This document shows, piece by piece, positions 55,035 through 64,000 of a DNA stretch of 64,000 bases. Positions within the stretch are counted from its first letter, which is position 1. Every line of letters begins with the position of its first letter. The notes below the pieces were generated by a model. The model did no database searches. It worked only from the letters and a program-made list of their open reading frames with translations, and was not told the origin of the DNA. The position numbers and the translations under genes were made by a program. This stretch comes from Candidatus Kaiserbacteria bacterium (lineage in GTDB: Bacteria; Patescibacteriota; Minisyncoccia; Phycocordibacterales; UBA918): positions 4,976 to 68,975 of the forward strand of contig JACQKD010000001.1 in the NCBI GenBank assembly GCA_016204695.1. The letters run 5' to 3'.

Positions 55035-58000
55035 ATGGCATTCAAAGCGCACATTCCGACACAGTTCGACTACGTTTCGCTCAAGCTTGCGTCTCCCGAC
55101 CGTATTCTCGAATGGTCGCACGGCGAAGTCACGAAGCCCGAGACGATCAACTACCGCACCCAGCGTCCGGAGCGACACGGGCTTTTCGACGAGCGGATCT
55201 TCGGCCCGGTTGAGGACTATGAGTGCTCCTGCAAAAAGTATCGCGGCATCCGCTACAAGGGCATCGTCTGCGAGAAGTGCGGCGTCGAAATCACGCGCGC
55301 TATCGTGCGCCGCGAGCGCATGGGTCATATCGATCTGTGCGTACCGGTCTCGCACATCTGGTTTTTGCGGGGCGTACCGTCGCGCATTGCGCTCATACTC
55401 GGCATTCCCGCCGCCGACGTGGAGAAGGTCATCTATTTTGCGGGTTACATCATCAAGTCGGTCAATGCCGATGAACGGGTGCGGCTTCTCAAAGAACTCG
55501 ACACCGAATACAAAACAAAGCTCAAAGAGCTTACATCCGACACGGCGCGCGACGATCTCAAATCACGACTCGACGAGATCAAGCAGGAGATCGAAGGTAT
55601 GCGTGTCGGCATGGTACTCGACGAAGCGCGATACCATAAATATTCCGTCAGATACAGCACCCTGTTTGAGGCGCGCATCGGCGCGGAAGCGATCTATGAT
55701 CTTTTTCGCAGTCTGGACTTGCCTGCACTGCGCAACCGGCTTGAGGAAGAGCGTACGAAGGCAGGGGCGGCGGAGCGCGCCAAACTCGACAAGCGCCTCT
55801 CTCTCTTACGCGGCATGATCACTGCCGGCGTACATGCGGATTGGATGTTCCTGACGCGAATCCCCGTCATTCCGCCGGCGCTTCGCCCGATGGTGGCGCT
55901 TGAAGGCGGCCGCCATGCATCATCGGACCTCAACGATCTCTATCGCCGCGTCATCAACCGCAACAATCGCCTTAAGAAACTGCTTGATATTCATGCGCCG
56001 GACGTCATTCTCCGAAACGAAAAGCGCATTCTGCAGGAAGCGGTCGACGCGCTCGTCGACAATTCGATCCGTCACGGCAACACCGCGTACTCCGCGATGA
56101 GCCAGGCCCAGCGGCGTCCGCTGAAGTCGCTCTCCGATTATCTCAAAGGCAAACAGGGGTATTTCCGCCAGAATTTGCTCGGCAAGCGCGTCGATTATTC
56201 CGGCCGCTCGGTGATCGTCATCGGGCCGGATCTCGCGCTCGACCAATGCGGACTTCCGAAGCATATGGCGCTTGAGCTTTTCCGTCCGTTCGTGATTTCC
56301 CAGCTCCTGAAACAAGAGCTCGCATATAACATCCGCGGCGCCGGCAGGCTCATCGAGGACTCGGTGCCGGAAGTGTGGGCGATACTCGAAGATGTGATCA
56401 AGGACAAGCATGTGCTCTTAAACCGCGCACCGACTCTGCACCGTCAGGGCATCCAGGCGTTCCGTCCGGTGCTGATCGAAGGCAATGCGATCCAGGTGCA
56501 CCCCTTGGTCTGTCGTGCATTCAACGCGGACTTCGACGGCGACCAGATGGCCGTGCATGTGCCGCTCTCGCCCGAAGCGCAGATGGAAGCGCGCGAGATT
56601 ATGTCCGCCAATAAAAATATTCTGAAGCCTGGGTCAGCGGAACCCGTCGTATCGGAGAAGCTTCTCGATATGGCGCTCGGTTGCTACTGGATGACGAAGA
56701 TCATTCCCGGCGCCAAGGGCGAAGGGAAGGCCTTCGAGTCGCCGAACGCCGCCATCACCGCGCATGATTTCGGGATTGTGGATTTCCGCGCAAAGATCAA
56801 AGTGCTCGGCACCGACAATCGCAAGTATTCGCGGTTTGCGGGACAGCTCTTTGAGACGTCCGTCGGACGACTTCTGTTCAACAGCGTCCTGCCGGCGCAT
56901 CACGCATACATCAACGATGTCATTTCGCAAAAATCACTCTTTGGCATTGTTGTCGACGTCATCGACGCCGAAGGCGTCGATGCGGTTCCGAAAATTATCG
57001 ACAAGATCAAGCATATCGGCTTCACTTACGCGACGCGCTCCGGTGTGACGTGGGGCATCGATGATGTCGTGGTGCCGAAGGAGAAAAAGGAGATTCTCGA
57101 TCACGCTCGAGAAGAGGAGCGGCACGTTATGGAGCAGTTTCTCGACGGTCTGCTCTCGCGCGACGAGCGCCGCCGCTTCGTCGTTGAAATATGGCACCGC
57201 ACGAAGACCGAACTCGAAAAGGTGATCCCCGGTACGCTTGATCCGCAAGGGTCGGTGCACGATATGTGGCAGTCGGGTGCTCGAGGTTCACTCGGGCAGA
57301 TCGCGCAGATGGCGGGCATGAAGGGTCTCATCGTTAATACGCGGGGCGAAACATTGGAGTTTCCGGTTACCTCGTCCATGAAAGAAGGCATGAGTCCGAT
57401 CGAGTACTTCATCACCACGCACGGCTCGCGCAAGGGTCTTGCGGACACCGCGCTCCAGACGGCCAAGGCCGGCTACCTCACGCGCCGCCTCTTCGATGTT
57501 GCGCAGGATGCAGTTATCACCGAGGCGGACTGCAAGACCAAACAGGGCATCACCGTCAGCCGTACGAGCGCTTCGGGCATTCAAGTTGCGTTCTCCAAAG
57601 CTATCCGCGGTCGCGTGGTCGCCGCCGACATTGTCGACGCGGGCGGTACGCCGCTCTTTGGTAAAGGACACATGCTCTCCCGATCGGATGCAATCGCGGT
57701 CGAGCAGGCCGATGTTGCCGAGGTATCGGTGCGCTCGCCGATGGCCTGCAAGACGCTTCGCGGCGTCTGTCAGCAGTGCTACGGCGTCGATCTGACGACC
57801 AATAAGCTTGTCGATATCGGCGAGGCGGTCGGCACGGTCGCGGCGCAAGCAATCGGCGAGCCGGGGACCCAGCTCACCATGAACACCAAGCACGCCGGAG
57901 GTACCGCCTCTGTCGGCGGCGACGTGACGCAGGGTCTTCCTCGCGTTGAGGAAGTCTTTGAGAAACGTGCGCCGAAGATCCCGGCGGTCGTCTCAAAGAC

Positions 58001-58676
58001 CGACGGCATAGTGATCGAGGTCCGTACTGAAGGCCGCGATAAAACGGTTGTCGTTACGCCGGAAGTCGGCTCGAACGCGGCCTCGAAGAAACGCGATAAC
58101 ATCGAATATCCGATCCACTATCGCCGCACGTTGCTTGTGCGCGAAGGTGAGAGCGTGCGGCAGGGACAGCTCCTGACCGACGGCTCGGCGATACTTTCGG
58201 AAATTTTCAAATACGGCGGCGAGCATGCACTGCAGGAGTACATCATCGCCGAGACATCGAAGCTCTACGAGCTTCAGGGCGTGACCATCGCGCGCAAGCA
58301 CATCGAGCTCATCGTCAAGCAAATGCTCTCGCGATACAAAGTGACCGATCCGGGAGACAGCCAGTACACGGTCGGCGATATCGTCGAAGAATGGCATCTT
58401 GAAAAGACGAACCGGGAGCTGAAAGCGGACGGCAAAGAGCAGGCAAAGGCGGACAAGCTTGTGCTCGGGATCACCGAAGTGTCGCTTACCCGCAGAAGTT
58501 TTCTCTCGGCCGCATCGTTCCAAAACACGACTCGCATTCTCATCAATGCGGCGGTGCGCGGAAGCGAAGACCGGCTCGTCGGCCTCAAAGAGAATGTCAT
58601 CATCGGTCGGCTTATTCCGGCGGGAACCGGTTTTCCGGGAAGTACGAAGCAGAAGATGATTGAAACACTCGGATAA
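55035..58676 (+). CDS. rpoC: DNA-directed RNA polymerase subunit beta'.
   Basis: Zn-binding CSCKKYRGIRYKGIVCEKCGVE, NADFDGDQMAVHVPLS catalytic motif, and trigger-loop/bridge regions. 1213 aa. Confidence 0.97.
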   Translation: MAFKAHIPTQFDYVSLKLASPDRILEWSHGEVTKPETINYRTQRPERHGLFDERIFGPVEDYECSCKKYRGIRYKGIVCEKCGVEITRAIVRRERMGHIDLCVPVSHIWFLRGVPSRIALILGIPAADVEKVIYFAGYIIKSVNADERVRLLKELDTEYKTKLKELTSDTARDDLKSRLDEIKQEIEGMRVGMVLDEARYHKYSVRYSTLFEARIGAEAIYDLFRSLDLPALRNRLEEERTKAGAAERAKLDKRLSLLRGMITAGVHADWMFLTRIPVIPPALRPMVALEGGRHASSDLNDLYRRVINRNNRLKKLLDIHAPDVILRNEKRILQEAVDALVDNSIRHGNTAYSAMSQAQRRPLKSLSDYLKGKQGYFRQNLLGKRVDYSGRSVIVIGPDLALDQCGLPKHMALELFRPFVISQLLKQELAYNIRGAGRLIEDSVPEVWAILEDVIKDKHVLLNRAPTLHRQGIQAFRPVLIEGNAIQVHPLVCRAFNADFDGDQMAVHVPLSPEAQMEAREIMSANKNILKPGSAEPVVSEKLLDMALGCYWMTKIIPGAKGEGKAFESPNAAITAHDFGIVDFRAKIKVLGTDNRKYSRFAGQLFETSVGRLLFNSVLPAHHAYINDVISQKSLFGIVVDVIDAEGVDAVPKIIDKIKHIGFTYATRSGVTWGIDDVVVPKEKKEILDHAREEERHVMEQFLDGLLSRDERRRFVVEIWHRTKTELEKVIPGTLDPQGSVHDMWQSGARGSLGQIAQMAGMKGLIVNTRGETLEFPVTSSMKEGMSPIEYFITTHGSRKGLADTALQTAKAGYLTRRLFDVAQDAVITEADCKTKQGITVSRTSASGIQVAFSKAIRGRVVAADIVDAGGTPLFGKGHMLSRSDAIAVEQADVAEVSVRSPMACKTLRGVCQQCYGVDLTTNKLVDIGEAVGTVAAQAIGEPGTQLTMNTKHAGGTASVGGDVTQGLPRVEEVFEKRAPKIPAVVSKTDGIVIEVRTEGRDKTVVVTPEVGSNAASKKRDNIEYPIHYRRTLLVREGESVRQGQLLTDGSAILSEIFKYGGEHALQEYIIAETSKLYELQGVTIARKHIELIVKQMLSRYKVTDPGDSQYTVGDIVEEWHLEKTNRELKADGKEQAKADKLVLGITEVSLTRRSFLSAASFQNTTRILINAAVRGSEDRLVGLKENVIIGRLIPAGTGFPGSTKQKMIETLG

Positions 58677-58892
58677 TGCGGTGGCAATCAGGAGCCGATC
58701 AGTTGCCTTGTCCGAGACAAGAGTGCTACGACGTCAAGAAAACAATGTCGGCTCCGCGACGAAAAACTCAAAACTCGCTTTGCTCAAACAGTTGAGTTTT
58801 TCTGCTCCGCCTTGTTGTTTTCTAGTCGTCTTCGCAATTGTCTCTTCAAGGCAACTGATCGGCTCTTCTGCCCGCGGGATTATAATTACCTC

Positions 58893-60647
58893 ATGAGCAC
58901 TCCCGTCGAACAAATCAAAGAACGGCTCGACATCGTGGAGGTGATCGGCGGATATGTGCAGTTGCAGAAAGCCGGTCGTCATTTCAAGGGCAAGTCGCCC
59001 TTCACGAACGAGAAAACGCCTTCCTTTTTCGTCTCGCAGGAGCGCGGCATGTATTACTGTTTTTCTTCCGGCAAAGGGGGGGACATGTTCACGTTTATTC
59101 AGGAAATGGAAGGGGTGGACTTCCGGGGCGCGCTCAAGATCCTCGCCGAGCGGGCGCATGTTGATCTTGTTCCGCAGGATCCGAAAAAACGCAACGAAGA
59201 AGAGACGCTCTATGCTTTGCTTGACGCCGCCACGTCGTACTTTGAAACGTCTCTCAAAGAACACGAAAAGATCCGCGCGTATCTACGCAAGCGCGGGGTG
59301 AGCGATGCGTCCATCGCGAAATGGCGGATCGGATACGCGCCGGACGGGTGGCGCAATCTCAAGGATCATCTGTCCGGGCGGGGTTTCACCGACGCCATGA
59401 TGCTTCGATCGGGTCTCACCAAGCGGCAGGCCGAAGGAGGCAACTCGCTCTACGACGTATTCCGCGACCGCGTGATGTTTCCCATTGCCGATCCGGCAGG
59501 ACGCATCGTCGCGTTTTCCGGCCGCGCGATGTCCGCCGATCCTGCGCTTCCGAAGTATGTCAACTCCCCGGAGACGGAATTGTATGAAAAGTCTCGCATT
59601 CTCTTCGGCTACCATATCGCCAAGCGCAGTATCCGCCAGAGCAATTTCTCGCTCATCGTCGAAGGGCAGTTTGATCTCGTCCTTTCGCATCAAGCGGGAT
59701 TCAGTAACACGGTTGCGCTCTCCGGCACGGCGCTCTCACTGCATCACACCGCGCTCTTGGAGCGGCTGTCGTCTCGCGTCGTACTCGCGCTCGACGCCGA
59801 CCGGGCGGGGATCAATTCCGTTCGCCGCTCGGCGGAGATCATGCTTGCTCGCGGCATGGACGTGAAAGTGGCCGTACTGCCGATGGGTAAGGATCCCGCC
59901 GACATGGTTGCCGAGGATCCGGCTCTTCTCAAGGCCGCCATACGCGGCGCGGTCACCGTCGTTGAGTTTCTCATACGGATTTTGAAAGACAATACTCGAG
60001 ACGAACGCGCCTTTCGCCTGCGGGTGCGAGACGAAGTTCTGCCTCTTGTCGTGCGCATTCCGAGCAGTATCGATCGTGAACACTTCGAGCAAATAATCAG
60101 TGAAGCGCTATCGGTGACGCCTGATTCCGTACATGCGGAGGTGGAGCGGATCGCACAGATCGATCGGAATGCGCCGGCAAGCCGCACGAGATCGGAGGTC
60201 GGCACTCCGCCGTTACCGGCGGTCGTACGATCTAAAGAGCCGGAGGAATATCGAACGGACGAATTGATCCGGTTTCTCTACGGCATCATTATATGGCAGG
60301 AGACCGGCGACAAGACCGGTTTCGATGCCGCTGTGATATCTGCGGCATTGGAACAAGCGGTCGGGGAAACGATATGGAACCAACTGGTCGCTCTTGAGGA
60401 AAAAGATAAAAACAAACTTATCTTTGAGGCGGAAGTGTACGGAGCGGAACTTTCCCTGTCGGAGCTCCTTGAGCGGTCTCACGAATATCTCAAGGAGATA
60501 GAAGTCAGGATACTCAAGCACAGATTGACGGATGCCCGGGAAAAGCTCCGGCAGGCCGAATCAACGCGGGATGACGTACAGATGGCGGCGGCGCTTGAAG
60601 AATGCGCCTCGCTACAGAGGCGTTTGAGCGCGCTGGGAGACGCATAG
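58893..60647 (+). CDS. dnaG: DNA primase, with a degenerate zinc-binding domain.
   Basis: Primase N-terminus where the CHCC Zn ligands are mostly replaced ([16 protein letters not shown]...[12 protein letters not shown]). TOPRIM core ([25 protein letters not shown]...LALDADRAG). TATAAT lies 6 nt before the ATG. Confidence 0.9.
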   Translation: MSTPVEQIKERLDIVEVIGGYVQLQKAGRHFKGKSPFTNEKTPSFFVSQERGMYYCFSSGKGGDMFTFIQEMEGVDFRGALKILAERAHVDLVPQDPKKRNEEETLYALLDAATSYFETSLKEHEKIRAYLRKRGVSDASIAKWRIGYAPDGWRNLKDHLSGRGFTDAMMLRSGLTKRQAEGGNSLYDVFRDRVMFPIADPAGRIVAFSGRAMSADPALPKYVNSPETELYEKSRILFGYHIAKRSIRQSNFSLIVEGQFDLVLSHQAGFSNTVALSGTALSLHHTALLERLSSRVVLALDADRAGINSVRRSAEIMLARGMDVKVAVLPMGKDPADMVAEDPALLKAAIRGAVTVVEFLIRILKDNTRDERAFRLRVRDEVLPLVVRIPSSIDREHFEQIISEALSVTPDSVHAEVERIAQIDRNAPASRTRSEVGTPPLPAVVRSKEPEEYRTDELIRFLYGIIIWQETGDKTGFDAAVISAALEQAVGETIWNQLVALEEKDKNKLIFEAEVYGAELSLSELLERSHEYLKEIEVRILKHRLTDAREKLRQAESTRDDVQMAAALEECASLQRRLSALGDA

Positions 60648-60691
60648 AACAATTGGATTATCCGTTATTCTTCTGTATAGTGAACGGCAAT

Positions 60692-62062
60692 ATGGCAAAA
60701 ATTTCTAAAACAAAGTCGGTCAAAAAACGGGCGCCTGCCAAAAAGACGGCCAAGGCGAGGGGTGCCGGGGCGTCGAAAAAGCTCCGAAAGAAGTCGGGGC
60801 GGACTCCCAAGGTTGCCGGTAAGCGCACAGTATCGCTTCGGAAGAAGCCGTCGGCAAGAACGGCCAAAAGAGTCCGTGCCGGCAAAAAAGTCGTCCGGAA
60901 ATCGTCTCCCGTCAAAGGACGTGCTTCAAAAGGGACGAGTCAACAAAAACGTCCGGCAAAGCTCCGCCAGCTGGCGGATCGCAAGCGCGTATCGCCTGCG
61001 GATGAAGCGAAGGCGTTCGAACTGATCGAGAAGGGCCGCACTCGCGGATATGTCACCTACGATGAGATATTGAGGTCTTTCCCGACCATCGAAAATAATG
61101 TCGTTTTTCTCGAAGAACTCTATGAGCGGCTCGCAACCGCCAGTATCGACGTGCTTGAAAGCGGCGGCATGCTCGGCGAGGATATGGGGGAAGAATTGCT
61201 TGATCGCCGCAATATCTACCGCCGCAGTGACAGCGGGTATGATTCGATCCAGATGTATCTGCGCGAGATCGGACAGTACCCGCTCCTGAATGCCGCACAA
61301 GAGCGCGACTTCGCCAAGCGCATCGTCGACGGCGACACCGAGGCGCGCAATCTGCTCGCTCGCGCCAATCTCCGCCTTGTGGTGTCTATTGCGAAAAAAT
61401 ATGCCGGACGAAGTCCCGACTTGACCCTGCTCGATCTCATTCAAGAGGGCAATCTTGGGCTTTTTAAAGCAGTCGACAAGTTCGACTATACGAAGGGATA
61501 CAAGTTTTCAACATACGCGACATGGTGGATCCGTCAGGCGATCACGCGCGCGCTCGCCGACCAGTCGCGCACCATCCGCATTCCCGTGCACATGGTCGAG
61601 ACGATGGCTAAATACAAGCAAGTTTCACGCCGTCTCGCACAGGACCTCGGCCGTGACCCGATGCCGGAGGAGATCGCCACCGAAATGGGTATCGAAGTCG
61701 AAAAGGTCTACCAGATCGAAAAAATCAGCCAGGACACCATCTCGCTCGAACTTCCGATCGGAGATGACGACGACCGCTCCCGCCTCTCGGACTTTATCGC
61801 CGACGACAAGATTCTCGCGCCCGATCAAGAAGTCGCCCATCGCATCCTTGCCGACCAGGTGCAGGAGATTCTCGACACGCTCTCGGACAAAGAGCGCAAG
61901 ATTCTCGAAATGCGCCACGGACTCACCGACGGCATGTACCACACACTCGAAGAAGTGGGACAAGAGTTCGGCGTTACTCGCGAGCGCATCCGCCAGATCG
62001 AAGCCAAAGCTCTCGAAAAAATCCGCCTCCACGACAAAGCCCGCCGCCTGAAGTCGTATTAA
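60692..62062 (+). CDS. rpoD: RNA polymerase sigma-70 factor RpoD with a ~100-aa Lys/Arg-rich N-terminal region.
   Basis: Regions 1.2 to 4.2 are intact ([47 protein letters not shown], ...[21 protein letters not shown]). The N-terminus [24 protein letters not shown]... is strongly basic. Confidence 0.95.
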   Translation: MAKISKTKSVKKRAPAKKTAKARGAGASKKLRKKSGRTPKVAGKRTVSLRKKPSARTAKRVRAGKKVVRKSSPVKGRASKGTSQQKRPAKLRQLADRKRVSPADEAKAFELIEKGRTRGYVTYDEILRSFPTIENNVVFLEELYERLATASIDVLESGGMLGEDMGEELLDRRNIYRRSDSGYDSIQMYLREIGQYPLLNAAQERDFAKRIVDGDTEARNLLARANLRLVVSIAKKYAGRSPDLTLLDLIQEGNLGLFKAVDKFDYTKGYKFSTYATWWIRQAITRALADQSRTIRIPVHMVETMAKYKQVSRRLAQDLGRDPMPEEIATEMGIEVEKVYQIEKISQDTISLELPIGDDDDRSRLSDFIADDKILAPDQEVAHRILADQVQEILDTLSDKERKILEMRHGLTDGMYHTLEEVGQEFGVTRERIRQIEAKALEKIRLHDKARRLKSY

Positions 62063-62135
62063 TTTCAATAAATTGCTCTAATCCCCACAGCGCCGTTGCT
62101 ACACCCGGCGTATGTTGTATGATATGTAATAGGTA

Positions 62136-62164
62136 TTGACAGCATCGTGATAGAATGCTACAAT
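62136..62164 (+). promoter_or_regulatory. Consensus sigma70-type promoter (TTGACA-N17-TACAAT) with no plus-strand gene downstream. It points antisense to tRNA-Ser.
   Basis: ttgaca gcatcgtgatagaatgc tacaat. The spacer is itself an imperfect palindrome. Confidence 0.4.
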
Positions 62165-62190
62165 ACATAAAGTTTAGAGGGTCAAGTCTG

Positions 62191-62278
62191 TGCGGGGAAC
62201 GGGATTCGAACCCGTAAATAATCCGCCAGGATTTGTAGTTTTCAAGACTACTGCGTATTCCAGTTCCGCCATCCCCGC
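62191..62278 (-). tRNA. tRNA-Ser (anticodon TGA), type II with a long variable arm. CCA not encoded.
   Basis: Minus-strand GCGGGGA...TCCCCGC acceptor. Anticodon stem GTAGT/ACTAC with loop CTTGAAA. Variable arm AATCCTGGCGGATT. T-arm ACGGGTTCGAATCCCGT. 88 nt. Confidence 0.8.
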
Positions 62279-62311
62279 ATGGATCTGACTCCCTAAAGTT
62301 AAAAAAGAACA

Positions 62312-62671
62312 CTAAGAACCCCCTGCGTCGCTTGATGTGGGGGGTTCTGTTTGCGAAGCAGCACGGTATGCACCGCGTCCAATATTTACGACTTGATGGT
62401 TTGACCTAAGGTAAGAGAGAATGCCGCCAACTTTCTTCCGAGAAATCTCGGGTTGTATACGCCGCATGTGGTTAAGTACATCTTCCGCGGTTATACCCGT
62501 GGGCCCTGCATTTAGAATTACCTTTAAGACCTCTGAAGGATACGAAAAGCCCGGCGGTAATTTGATCTCTGCCTCTGGCGAGACAATTTCACGCAGACGA
62601 GCTTCAATTCGCTTCTTTTCTTCAAGAAGAGTTTCTATCTCCTTAAGCTTTTCGTCAGGTGACTTTGCCAT
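62312..62671 (-). CDS. Hypothetical protein with an N-terminal coiled coil and a C-terminal winged-helix-like region.
   Basis: TTGACA-N17-TAGCAT promoter, then 8 nt to the ATG on the minus strand. No family assignment. Confidence 0.45.
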   Translation of the reverse strand: MAKSPDEKLKEIETLLEEKKRIEARLREIVSPEAEIKLPPGFSYPSEVLKVILNAGPTGITAEDVLNHMRRIQPEISRKKVGGILSYLRSNHQVVNIGRGAYRAASQTEPPTSSDAGGS

Positions 62672-62807
62672 TACGACACATGCTAGCGTAGTTGGCCTAG
62701 TATGTCAAGTAAGTTTCCAAGAAAACCAATTTTGCCGACATCAAGGGGTTGTACTTTTATGATTCTTATGGTGCTTCTGTCGTTACTAATTTTGCTATAC
62801 TCCTGTG

Positions 62808-62954
62808 ATGGCCGAAAAGGAATCCCATAAAGAAGTACAAAAGGCCTTTGACGAGGCGTATGGGCGGCTGAATGAGGCGCAGAGGAAGGCGGTGGATATC
62901 ATCGAGGGGTGTAAGTCACGCCTCCTCTGGACATTTCATACAAAAAACGTATAA
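62808..62954 (+). pseudogene. Truncated duplicate of the 5' end of the uvrD/pcrA-like helicase gene (48 codons, then a stop). It carries a copy of the helicase promoter.
   Basis: 62786-62925 matches 63645-63780 (tgctatactc..gatggc.gaaaagg.....gaggcgtat...ctgaatgaggcgcagaggaaggcggtggata). The translation MAEKESHKEVQKAFDEAYGRLNEAQRKAVDIIEG parallels MAEKGIKQGSAGAFEEAYKHLNEAQRKAVDTVEG. Confidence 0.7.
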
Positions 62955-62963
62955 TATGAATAT

Positions 62964-63269
62964 ATGAAAACACAACTTACACGAGATAGGAAAGAGCCGA
63001 CACCTGTCGTCAAGCTCGGTGCGAGCGGGCAGATGGTGATTCCAAAGAAGCTCTCAACGGCGCTTGGCTTGAGAGGGGGGGATTACCTCAATGTTGAATT
63101 GTACCGAGGCAATCGTTTGTTGGTGACCCCAAAAGTACTCGTCGATCGGCATCCCGAAATTGACCGGCGTCTTGCCGAGGCGGAGGAGGATGTGCGCGCC
63201 GGACGCATGAGCGGGCCATTTGATACTATTGACGAACTCAAGCGACATCTCGACTCCGTGAAGCTATGA
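62964..63269 (+). CDS. AbrB/MazE/SpoVT-family antitoxin.
   Basis: VVKLGASGQMVIPKKLSTALGLRGGDYLNVELYRGNRLLVTP is a swapped-hairpin AbrB-type DNA-binding domain. TATAAT lies 8 nt before the ATG. Confidence 0.7.
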   Translation: MKTQLTRDRKEPTPVVKLGASGQMVIPKKLSTALGLRGGDYLNVELYRGNRLLVTPKVLVDRHPEIDRRLAEAEEDVRAGRMSGPFDTIDELKRHLDSVKL

Positions 63270-63508
63270 TGCGGACGCACGCGACCAGCCGCTTTGACCA
63301 CTCGTACGCCAAAGCACCGCGTGCCATCAAACAGGCATTCCTTAAGCAGGCGGCGTTTCTTGTCCGAGACATCCGTCACCCGTCGTTGCGGGCAAAAAGA
63401 TATGACAATATTCGCTGGCAAGCCCGCGTGACAAGAGATTGGCGTTTTTACTTTAGGATTGAGAAAGACATATATATTTTGCTCGATATCATCCGCCATC
63501 CGAAATAA
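63266..63508 (+). CDS. RelE/ParE-superfamily toxin, the partner of the AbrB-type antitoxin.
   Basis: Overlaps the antitoxin stop by 4 nt. ...KQAAFLVRDIRHPSLRAKRYDNIRWQARVTRDWRFYFRIEKDIYILLDIIRHPK fits the RelE fold consensus (..L......K.L.G....R.R.GDYR..Y.I......I..I.HR). Confidence 0.6.
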   Translation: MMRTHATSRFDHSYAKAPRAIKQAFLKQAAFLVRDIRHPSLRAKRYDNIRWQARVTRDWRFYFRIEKDIYILLDIIRHPK

Positions 63509-63660
63509 TCAATTATGAGAAAACGTCTGAAGGCAAAACATCATTCGTGTTCGCTTTGCAAGCCGCGTAAAACAGGCCGTTCCTGTCGTTGGTCCAATCG
63601 ACAATTGGAATATTTGCGTAATTGGGAGACAGAGAGGCGTACTCTGCTATACTCTGCTGA

Positions 63661-64000
63661 TGGCGGAAAAAGGAATCAAACAGGGGTCGGCGGGCGCATT
63701 CGAGGAGGCGTATAAACATCTTAACGAGGCGCAGAGGAAAGCCGTGGATACTGTGGAGGGACCGGTGATGGTGATTGCGGGGCCGGGGACGGGGAAGACG
63801 CAGATATTGGCGCTTCGGATCGCGAACATTTTGAAACGGACGGACGCCTCGCCTACCTCCATACTCGCGCTGACCTTCACCGAGTCCGGTGTCGCATCCA
63901 TGACTGCAAGGCTCGTATCGCTTATCGGCGAGGCGGGGTATCGCGTGCGCGTGCATACGTTCCATGGATTTTGCAATGAGATCATTCGGCTGTATCCGGA
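63661..64000 (+). CDS. UvrD/PcrA/Rep-family DNA helicase, 5' part. It continues beyond the window and is not in the supplied ORF track.
   Basis: LNEAQRKAVDTVEGPVMVIAGPGTGKTQILALRIANIL (Walker A, motif I) ... ILALTFTESGVASMTARL (motif Ia) ... TFHGFCNEIIR (motif II region). Extended -10 TGCTATACT lies 5 nt before the ATG. Confidence 0.8.

Noticed and set aside
62421-62762. 113-aa plus-strand ORF downstream of the orphan promoter
   Set aside because: Lies antisense to the better-supported minus-strand gene at 62312-62671, which has a consensus -35/-10 and a leaderless start. Starts about 250 nt after the promoter with no SD.
63513-63985. Minus-strand ORFs (150 and 112 aa) and a 66-aa basic plus-strand ORF at 63515
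   Set aside because: Antisense to, or read through the promoter of, the clearly recognisable UvrD/PcrA-type helicase N-terminus.
1-64000. Transposase, integrase, rRNA and prophage gene search
   Set aside because: No ORF shows DDE/HUH transposase, tyrosine/serine recombinase, capsid, terminase or portal signatures. No rRNA-like conserved stretches. The accessory insertions seen (TA cassettes, the AT-rich islet) lack an identifiable mobilising enzyme in this window.

Overview
This is a high-GC (about 60%) bacterial chromosomal segment. It is gene-dense and mostly plus-strand housekeeping. Its architecture suggests a small-genome Patescibacteria/CPR-like organism, but this is inference only, based on: thrS lacking the N-terminal editing-associated domains, short pheT and SMC, a split transketolase, r-proteins with charged tails, three dispersed type IV pilins, a sortase, and leaderless promoters.

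Core genes found:
- Pentose-phosphate block gap-rpiB-rpe-(VanY-like carboxypeptidase)-tktN-tktC.
- Ribosomal and translation genes rplY, rpmE, prfA, rpsB-tsf, rpmF, rpsP and a KH protein.
- tRNA synthetases pheS-pheT and thrS.
- Replication genes gyrB, dnaE, dnaG and rnhB.
- Transcription and RNA-processing genes rpoB-rpoC, rpoD, rnc and RNase R.
- smc, trmD, tRNA-Thr(TGT) and tRNA-Ser(TGA).

Accessory and unusual content:
- (i) A 5'-truncated fibre protein with periodic GNVGIGTT repeats and a C-terminal S74 intramolecular-chaperone domain. It is followed by a ParE-type toxin-antitoxin pair that is split by a ~100-nt structured repeat.
- (ii) A second copy of that structured repeat after prfA, showing compensatory base changes.
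- (iii) A 7.3-kb surface locus (membrane-anchored surface protein, sortase, a 68%-GC secreted Cys/Trp/Pro-rich protein, and a 1385-aa adhesin with four 270-bp tandem repeats). It is bracketed by two near-identical inverted-repeat hairpins.
- (iv) A NusB-NUDIX fusion.
- (v) A NUDIX - nucleotidyltransferase - NUDIX cassette inserted in the rpsP...trmD cluster.
- (vi) Two loci where a ~50-140-bp gene end (smc 3' end; uvrD-like helicase promoter plus 5' end) is directly duplicated around a small accessory cassette. The cassettes are a Cys-rich micro-ORF plus an AT-rich HEPN-like gene, and an AbrB/RelE TA pair.
- (vii) A genome-wide promoter style: extended -10 (TGnTAtAcT) placed 6-13 nt before start codons, implying leaderless mRNAs. 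A few Shine-Dalgarno-led, compositionally odd genes contrast with it.

No rRNA, CRISPR array, transposase or integrase was recognised.
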